Positions 55,834 to 64,000 of a DNA stretch of 64,000 bases are shown here, one piece after another. Each line of letters opens with the position of its first letter. Positions within the stretch are counted from its first letter, which is position 1. A program made the position numbers and the translations under genes. Below the pieces are notes generated by a model. It was not told the DNA's origin and did no database searches. It was given only the letters and a program-made list of their open reading frames with translations. Source of the stretch: Chloropicon primus (Eukaryota); NCBI GenBank assembly GCA_023205875.1, contig CP060755.1:310001-374000 (forward strand). The letters run 5' to 3'.

Positions 55834-58178
55834 CTAGTCGAAAAGGCCGCCACCGCTCTTCCCTTTGTCGTCGTCGAGAAAGTCATCAAAAAGCCCCTTT
55901 GATACTCTCCTTTCCTTTTCTGTGGTGCTGAACAAGTCGGACGAGGACGAGAACAGGTCGCTGCCTCCAAATGGAGACTTCTGAGCTGGTGCTTGCTGGC
56001 TCTTGCTCGGGGCAGGCCCTGAGAAGGGCTCGTCAAAGAGATTGGATGATTGCGCGGGCTTGCTCTCACCGAAGAGGCTATCGAACGACGATTCGCCCTT
56101 CTCCTTGTCTCCGAACAAGTCGCTAGCTCCGGTGGCGAAGGGATTGTCACTCTCTTTCCTTGCTGGTGCAGGCTTTGGCTTTGGCTGCTCCTGTGGCAGC
56201 TTTTGTGGCGTCTCACTCGGAGTGTCCCCAGAGACCTTTGTGGTGAACATGAACGGATTCTCCTCCGCAGCTTTTTCTGCCCGCACCTCTTCTTGTGCTA
56301 CTGGTACGTCACCTTTCTTTGTTTCGCCGGCGAGGACAGGCGAAGTAAAGGGTGTTGGCTCCGCCTTTGCCTCTGGCTTGGGCGGAGCTTCACTTTCTGA
56401 CTCCGAATCAAAGTCATCATCGGAGCTGAAGGAGCCGTCAGACTCATCAGGCTCGTTCTGCTTCTTGAGGGCCATCGCCATAGCAAAAGGATCTCGAACC
56501 CCGCCGACAGGGACTTTCACCCTTTTCTCTAAGGGCTCCGAAGTGTTCAGAACCTTGTCTAGGCTGGCACGAGATGCTCGGATGCTGCTTTCTGATAGTG
56601 CTGAAGGAGGCTGGACCTGCATCGAGTCTTCTTGCTGTTTTTCTTGCACCTTATTTACCACCGCATCTTCCTCAAAGAGTCCTACGGATGGGCTCTCTGA
56701 CAGTATGCTGTCTATGATATCCCCGCTGACCCCTTTCTTCGTCGCCGCGATGTCCTTGGCGAACGTGGATCCGCCTACCGCGTGGGGTTGAGCGGTCGAC
56801 TCTAGGGGAACCACCGCGTCCTCAGCACCTCCCCACTCTTTCGGTTGCTTCGTGGCCTCCCCCCTGACCGCTTCTGCCGCGGGCGAAACACCCACCTTCT
56901 TTGGCTTCTCTCCAGCCACCCCTGCCTCCTCAAAGAGTCCTACGGATGGACTCTCCGTCAGAATCTTCGCCAGAGAAGCTTGCAAATTGCCGGCCTGTCT
57001 GGGGGGCATCTCCATCGCTTCTCTGGGGGCGGCGGGCTCGGTATCGAACAGGGAATCTGCGGCCAGGACTTCTCCTGCCTTGTCACCCGTGTCATCCCCA
57101 AAGATATCATCAAAGGAGAGGGCGTAGGAAGCCTTGGGTTTGCTGTCCTCCGCCTTTTCGCTTCCAAAAAGGGCGTCCACATCAGAAAGAAGGGCATCGT
57201 CTGCGTCCAGGGGGAGGAAGGAGGGCTGATCCATCGCAGGCTCGCTTGCAACGTTGCTCGCTTTGTTCTCCTTGGCAGCTGCCAGTTTTGACGACGTTCT
57301 CCTCCTGGGGTTTCTGTTCACCAGCGAGGATTCGAGGCCTTGGCTGAAATCGAGCGGGTTGCCGGCCTCTGGAATCGAAGTGCCTTTCTGCGACGAATCC
57401 TTCCTGGAGAACGCAGTGTCCAAGGAGGGCTCGCTCGTGCCATCCTGCTCGTCCACCATGCTGCCATAGTGCGAGCCCGCCCTGGAGCTTACACTCACCC
57501 CATCTAGCTCCCCAGCAGCGGCACTCTGCTGCATGAACTTCGATGGCCCCTCCTCATCTTGATCTCCATGGCCGTACAAGGCCTCCAATCCGCAGTACTT
57601 GCTCGTGACGTACTCCTCTGTCCCAATGATGCTCGGCAGCACGAAGACTTGCTTTCCCTCTTCGCCCCACTCTCTCTCTCTCTCTTCTTCCGCCTCCGTG
57701 AAACTCGAGCAAGCGATTTTCAAGCTCTCTTGGACCTTCTCAAACAAACCCGGAGTCGGTCCTCCCGCTTCTTGCTGCTTTCCTCCGTCCTCTGCTGGGG
57801 TGTCCACCGAGGGCTCGTCCTCGGAGACTCTCTGTCATGTACGGGCACGGAGAAAGAGTAAGGTGGGAAAAGCAAGTAAGTCAACAACATCCGACTCTTG
57901 TGCAAAGATCGATCCCATCGCCCCTGACTTACGTTCTCCACAAACTGCACCGTGGATATCCTTTCGAAGCTATTGATAAGCAGGTCCACCTCGATGAGTT
58001 TGGTGTCCACACTCTCGGACGCCGTTTTGCACTTTTGGCTCACGTCCGCTGCCCTCGCGAGTATTTTCTCCGAAAGCCTTTGGAGCTCCTTCCTCAGGAG
58101 CTTGTCCTTCGAAAGGGACCACGTCTGGTTCGCCTCCACAGCCTTCTCCAGAGCCTTCCTCTGCTGTGTAGACTCCAT
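55834..58178 (-). CDS. WASHC2: WASH complex subunit FAM21/WASHC2-like; intron 57832-57932
   Basis: Head WSLSKDKLL..INSFERISTVQFVEN|RVSED, LPSIIGT; disordered tail with many LF-acidic motifs ending GGLFD. Confidence 0.75.
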
Positions 58179-58396
58179 GGCGACTCGTCTGGGCCTTTTC
58201 CTCGCCTTGCCCTTGGGACCACCCCATGCATCGATCGAGAGGTATACCCCTGAAAACAAGAGTAAGGGGAGGAGGCCGTGGACTGGTGGGGACAACCACG
58301 CGATGCGAGCATGGGTGACACGAGCATTGATGAGAGCAAAACGAAAAGAAAAAATGATCCGGTATGCCGTAATATAATTAGTCCCATCCGCTTTTC

Positions 58397-61032
58397 TTAT
58401 TGCAGGGTCCACGAGGAAGGACAAGATTTGAGCGGCGCCGTGTTTTTCACGGTCGTCGAGGTTGAGAGGTGCTGGGACAACTTCGCGAGGGGCTGCCCGT
58501 TTCCAACGTGAATGAGGCGCATCCCCTTCTCAACAACACGCGTGGAGTTAAATGCGGTGTCGAATGGCCCCTGGTCAACAACATAGTGAGAATGAGGGAG
58601 GACAGTCATTGTGACTTCAACTTTAGATCCGGATGGCACATGGACACGTTTGAAAGCAGCAAGTTGCACCCTTGGTGCTGGTACAGTGCTCTCAGGCAGA
58701 CCGATGTAAACCTGGACTATTTCATCACCGCTGAACTCTCCATAATTGCTGAGCGTCACCGTCACGTTGAATGGATCGCAGGCTCCAATCACGGCCGGAG
58801 GCGCGATCAAGTTGGAATACAAATACTTTGTGTAAGAGAGACCGTACCCAAAAGGCAGGAAGGGCTCCCCGGTGAAGTACTTGTATGTGAGACCCATGGA
58901 ATAGTTTGGCGCCTCGGTCCCAGGGTATGGGTCCTGCTGCTGTATGTGCTGTGGGAGCTGCGTGTCATCGGTGTAGACGGTGACTGGCAGCTTTCCTGAC
59001 GGGTTAATCTTTCCGAACAAGGCTTCCCCAACCACTTGGCCACCGTAGATGCCGGGGTAGAAGACGTCAAAGACAGCATCAAGCATGTCCCAGACAGGAG
59101 GCAAGGTTACAACGCCACCGTGCATAAGAACCCCAATCATTGGTACGCCGAACGACACGGCGTCACGCAATCTGTTTACAAGCTGCACTTGTCCATAAGG
59201 CAAGTCCATCGTAAGGCGGTCATGGCCTTCGCTCTCGATACTCCCGTCCAAGTTCAGCACAACCACCACAGCTGTAGCAGAGTATGCCGCCATCACGGCA
59301 TCCTCGATGCCAGAAGTGTCCTGGCACGAGGTATCCAAACACCCGGGAACATAAGTGACATTCCCCGCCTTACCAACCATGTTCTGAATCCCTTCGAGGA
59401 TGTTCACGACGTACTTCTGCTGATATTCGTTGGATCCCGCGTCTCCCTCGGCGTATGGCCCCAAGGGAATGGACTTGGACACAGCGGCAGAGCCAACAAC
59501 AAGCAAACGCTTCGCAGTCGTCATCGGCATTGGCAAGAATTTCTTCTCATTCTTCGTCAAGATAATGCCTTGCCTGGCCGCCGTGAGGGCGAGGTCCAAG
59601 TTCTCTTCGCTTGCTACGTCCTTAGGCCCGAGGTTGTTGTAAGCCACCGTCTTTGGCGGGTCCAGAGTACCCAAATTGATACGCGCTTTCATCACCCTCT
59701 CGAAAGCACGGTTCAGCAAGGACTCGTCCACGAGGCCATCTTTGATCGCCTGAGGGATGGCGCGAGCGACCTCCTGACCCCCGCCTTCCATGTCCATACC
59801 CGCGTGCAAACCAACGGCAGCCGCGCACTCGTTGGTCTGACAGATTCCATAGGTCGTCCTGAAATCGAGCCAGGCATCGTAATCAGACACAACGAAGCCA
59901 TCAAACCCGGAGTTGTTTCTCAGTGCACCCTCAAGAAGACGAGGCTCTGCGCAAGCAGGGACGCCGTTGATCGCATTGTAACTGCACATCGCTTGTCCGG
60001 CCCCGGCGGAGCAAGCCTCAAGGGTTGGGAGATAAAACTCTTGCATTGCTCGGCCGCCCACTTCTGCGCTGTAGTGCTGACGGGAGAACTCGACATCATA
60101 AACCGCAGCATGCTTGCAGGTAGCCAGGGAAAGTGACTGCGGGTTGCCATCCCCGTCACCCTGAAGCCCGTTGACAAAGGCAGTGGAGAGCGAGTTCATC
60201 AGCAAGACATCCTCGGTGAAGACCTCAGCAATCCTGCCCCACCTCGGATCTCTCGCAAGGTTCACGTTTGGGGAGTAGATGCTGATTCCTGCACCGTTAA
60301 TCGTCTGAATGACGTCTCCGTTCAGGTCTGGCCTCTGAAAGGTGGACAAAGAACCGAGAACGCCCATACAGGAAAAAAGCGCGCACGAGGAGTCAGCAAT
60401 ACGTCTTTTGGGGAGAAGGCAGGATTGTCGTAGAAGCAAAGACTTACCCATCCGCGTCGTCCACTGTTGGACTCCAGATTGTACAAGGCACGAGACTCGG
60501 TGGCGACGGTGTTGCCTATGGCCTGCAACAACTCAGGATTCCAGGTGGCTCCGAGCGCTGGACCCGCAGGGAACATCGTTCCATTCGCAGGGTACACCAA
60601 GACGTCTTCTTGCGGCTTCCCCCTTTCCCCTCGGACTCCGTGGAGGTTGTCCGCGAGCCACTGGAACCTCGGGATGCCGTGATGAGGAAGAGCGACCGCG
60701 AAATTCGTGAGCTGGGACGCGCGCTCCTCCACAGTGAAGTTGGCAGACATGAGCTTGGCACGCGCTCCCGCATCCAGAGTCCAGTCCAGCCAGGTTCCAC
60801 TGAGGCCCGGGCACTTTTCATACGAGTCCGTCCCCCCATCGAGGCACGTGTTCGTGAGAGGGCACACCAGCTGTCCTTTCTTGCAACTTCCACAGAGCGC
60901 GTCGTCGAGTGCGCAGTCCCCCAAGGGACACACCTGAAACTGCCCTTCGCAAACGGCCTTTTTGTCGTGTGCTTGAACCGCGGAGGCCCAAAGCAAGGAC
61001 AAGACGGTGAGTCTCAAGGCAAGCCTCCACAT
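58397..61032 (-). CDS. Secreted glycoside hydrolase family 3 (beta-xylosidase-like); intron ~60336-60448
   Basis: Signal peptide; SPNVNLARDPRWGR, CKH, MCSYNAING, VVSD, ESEGHDR, NPSGKLPVT, PFGYGLSYT. Confidence 0.93.
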
Positions 61033-61418
61033 CCTCCTCTGTCTCCTTCCAATGCGTCGCCAGTCCAGCTACTCCAGCTCTCAGGAATCTTAACGAGATG
61101 CTGCTTTGCGGCGGACACGTGGTTTTTTTCTTCTTTTTTTTCCTTTATATATAATATAATATATATATAATATAATATTCCATGATCTTGCTTGCACGGG
61201 ACAAGAACCGAAAGAAGAAAGCATGACGTGCATTGAACTCGAACCAACGCCAGGACGACACGCTGGCGCTGGACACTCCCCTCCGTGAGTGGTGCTTCTC
61301 CTCATGTGTGCGTCTCTCCCTCCCTCCCTCCCTCTCTCTCTCTCTTGGCCAACTTTTTCGAGGAAAAAGGCGAGGGGGATACGATTATCTTGGCGAGAGA
61401 GAGAGAGAGAGAGAGAGG

Positions 61419-62851
61419 ATGAGTGGCGAGGAAGTGGAGCTGAGCGAGGTGCCCTACGGGGAGCCGTATTGGTACGGGAGCGCCCCCGGAGGAGGCGGGT
61501 CTTCGTCTCCGTACTACACGAAGAAGCACGAGGAGTTCCGCGCCAAAGTTCGCGCCTTTGTCGAGGCGGAGCTCTTGCCTTACGTCCACGAGTGGGACGA
61601 GAGAGGGTCTTTCCCGGACGAGCTTCACAGGAAGGCGTATGCTGCGGGGATTTACGGGGCGGCGTGGCCGGCGGAGCACGGGGGGACGCCACCTCCAGGG
61701 GGGTTCGACGCCTTTCATGACTTGATCCTGGTGGACGAGCTCGCCCGCTGCGGTTGCGGTGGAGTGCTCTGGTCCTGCTTCCAGTCCTTTGGCATCTCCT
61801 TGCCCCCCGTGTTGGCCGCCGGCAGGCCAGAGGTGATTCAGAGAGTTGCAAGGTAAGCAAGGGAATGCGAGGACGATCCCTTCGACGGCGGGGGTCGCGC
61901 TTCTGCTGGGCTGGCCCCCTCGTGGCGGTCAAAAAGAAAACCCGACTTGGTTTCGTTCGAGACCGCACGCACGCACCCCACGACGGACTGACGGACTGAC
62001 GCGCCGACCGACTCGTTCCCCCCACCCCCAGGCCAGTGATCACGGGCGAGGCTGTGATGTCCCTCGCGGTGAGCGAGCCTTACGCTGGCAGCGACGTCGC
62101 AAACTTGAGAACCACTGCGGTCCGCCAAGGTGACCACTACGTCGTCAACGGCGAGAAGAAATGGATCACCGGAGGGTGCAAGGCCGACTTCTTCACGGTA
62201 GCCGTGAGGACAGGAGGCCCCGGCTTCAAGGGAGTGAGCCTTCTCCTGATCGAGGGGAACAGAAAGGGCGTCTCCACCAGGAGGATGAAGACTCAGGGTT
62301 GGTGGTGCAGCACGACGGCGTACATTACCTTCGACGAGGTGAGGGTTCCGGTTGGCAATCTCATCGGAGAGGAGAACAACGGCTTCAAGTACATCATGAA
62401 CAACTTCAACCACGAGAGGTTCGTCTTGGGTGCCCAGGCCAACCGTTTCGCGAGAGTGTGCCTGGAGGAGAGCATCAAGTGGGCCAGGCAGAGGAAGACC
62501 TTCAACAAGTCTCACATTGAGCACCAGGTGATCAGGCACAAAATTGCTGAGATGGCAAGGAGGGTGGAAAGCACCCACGCCTGGATCGAGCAGCTGGCTT
62601 ACCAGTACCAGACAGGGCAGTCCGATAGCAAGTCTCTCGGAGGAGCGATCGCGTTGATGAAGGTTCACTCGACGAAGAACTTCGAGTTTTGCGCGCGAGA
62701 GGCGAGCCAGATCCTCGGGGGCTCGAGCTACGTGAGAGAAGGAAAGGGCCAGATGATCGAGAGGCTTTACAGAGAGGTCAGGGTCAGCGCAATTGGCGGC
62801 GGGTCGGAGGAAGTCCTCATCGACATGGCTGTCAGGCAGGCCAAGCTTTAA
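61419..62851 (+). CDS. Acyl-CoA dehydrogenase (peroxisomal-type AKL end); intron 61853-62031
   Basis: SEPYAGSDVA, VNGEKKWITGG, NFNHER, QILGG, IGGGSEE. Confidence 0.93.
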
Positions 62852-63017
62852 GAGAGACCGGTCTTTCTCCAGCTATTTTATGACCTGGCGACGGCCGACG
62901 AAGCCACTCGTCGTCATATTGAAACCAGAAGAAAACTGATAGGTGATGGTGATTATCTAATACAATTTAGGAGGGATTTTCTTATTAAAATTGCCATGGG
63001 CAACAACTGTTTCTCGT

Positions 63018-63749
63018 CTATTCCTCTGGGTTGTAGATGTGTCCCTTGCCGTTGACATAGACGCCATCCAAGAACTTTCTAATGTCCTTGGCCCTCACGA
63101 GGCAGCACGAGTGAATCTGAGCAGCGGATCTAGAGACATTCTCGATGTCGTTTCCTTCCAGGACGAGCTGGTCCTTGACGCCCTTGTCCTTGGCGATGGT
63201 GACTCCATCAAGCATCTTCACAATCCTGACCCTCTTCTCACCCAAAAAGTTTCTGATTTCGATGGTCTTTCCCGCGTCCTCGATGGTCACGTTGATGGGG
63301 AAATGAGCGTAAACAAGCCTCATGGTGTATCTGTAACCCCTAGTCACTCCCAAGAACAGGTTGTTGACATGGGAGACAACAGTTCTAGTTCCAGCGATCC
63401 TCTTGCTAGTTCCGTGCCAGACCTCGACCTTGACGTGTGGCTTGCCGTCGACCTCGGTCTTGAACAAGTCGACCTGCAAGTGGCTCAAGTCCTTCGTGAG
63501 CGTTCCTGCAAACGTGGGAGTCGGAGAGAAAGGAAAACCAAAGTGTGAGTCCCTCATGCATCTCTTATAGCACAGGAATAGGAAGGAGAAACGACAAGAG
63601 AAAGAACGAGGCGTTGGGTTCCTTGGCAGCTCTTGGTGCGAACGGCAGTGCCCACCCCTCGGCGGACCCCCCCCCCCCCAAGGAAGCGCCGCCCCTCCCC
63701 CACGGTCCCCAACCCTCTCCCTCCGTGTCCTGGCCCAAAGCGAAGGAGG

Positions 63750-63784
<35 letters not shown>

Positions 63785-63890
63785 AAAAAGACGTACCTCT
63801 TGGTCCCTTGACAGTGACGACCTTGGACTTGATGTCACACTCGACATCCTCAGGGATCTCGATCTCCCTCGTGTTGTAGATCTGCTTCAT
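63018..63890 (-). CDS. RPL9: 60S ribosomal protein L9 (uL6); intron ~63506-63795
   Basis: VKGPRG|TL, VYAHFPIN, IRNFLGEK, KDIRKFLDGVYV. Confidence 0.96.
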
Positions 63891-64000
63891 GGTTGCCTTA
63901 AGTCTCTTAAGTCGTAGCCGCGACCCTTGTCTCTCTCTCCTCTCTTGCCTTTTCCTTCCCCGGCGCTTCTCGCCTCTTTCCAGCCGCCGACAAAATTCCC

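Overview
Gene-dense eukaryotic nuclear DNA, GC-rich with short GT-AG introns and (GA)n/(GT)n microsatellites. Plastid-linked genes (OEP21, Cpn10, carA with an N-terminal extension, NXD1) plus COP1 point to a compact green alga; a picoplanktonic chlorophyte is my inference. About 35 housekeeping genes are recognisable. Three accessory elements stand out. (1) An island at ~3.2-8.3 kb holds an F-box/ankyrin-repeat gene, an intron-containing tRNA-Pro(AGG), a ~950-aa intronless ORF with TWO serine-recombinase (resolvase) catalytic domains and a Cys-rich tail, and an orphan cassette of the same 81-bp ankyrin repeats ending at a doubled palindrome. (2) A Fanzor (eukaryotic TnpB/RuvC) gene at 48.1-50.2 kb has a one-base frameshift and a putative omega-RNA end abutting a truncated NXD1 gene. 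(3) A highly structured non-coding repeat of up to ~480 bp occurs three times (10.8, 45.1, 50.7 kb); one copy lies head-to-head with the Fanzor. All family calls come from motifs recognised by eye; no database searches were run.
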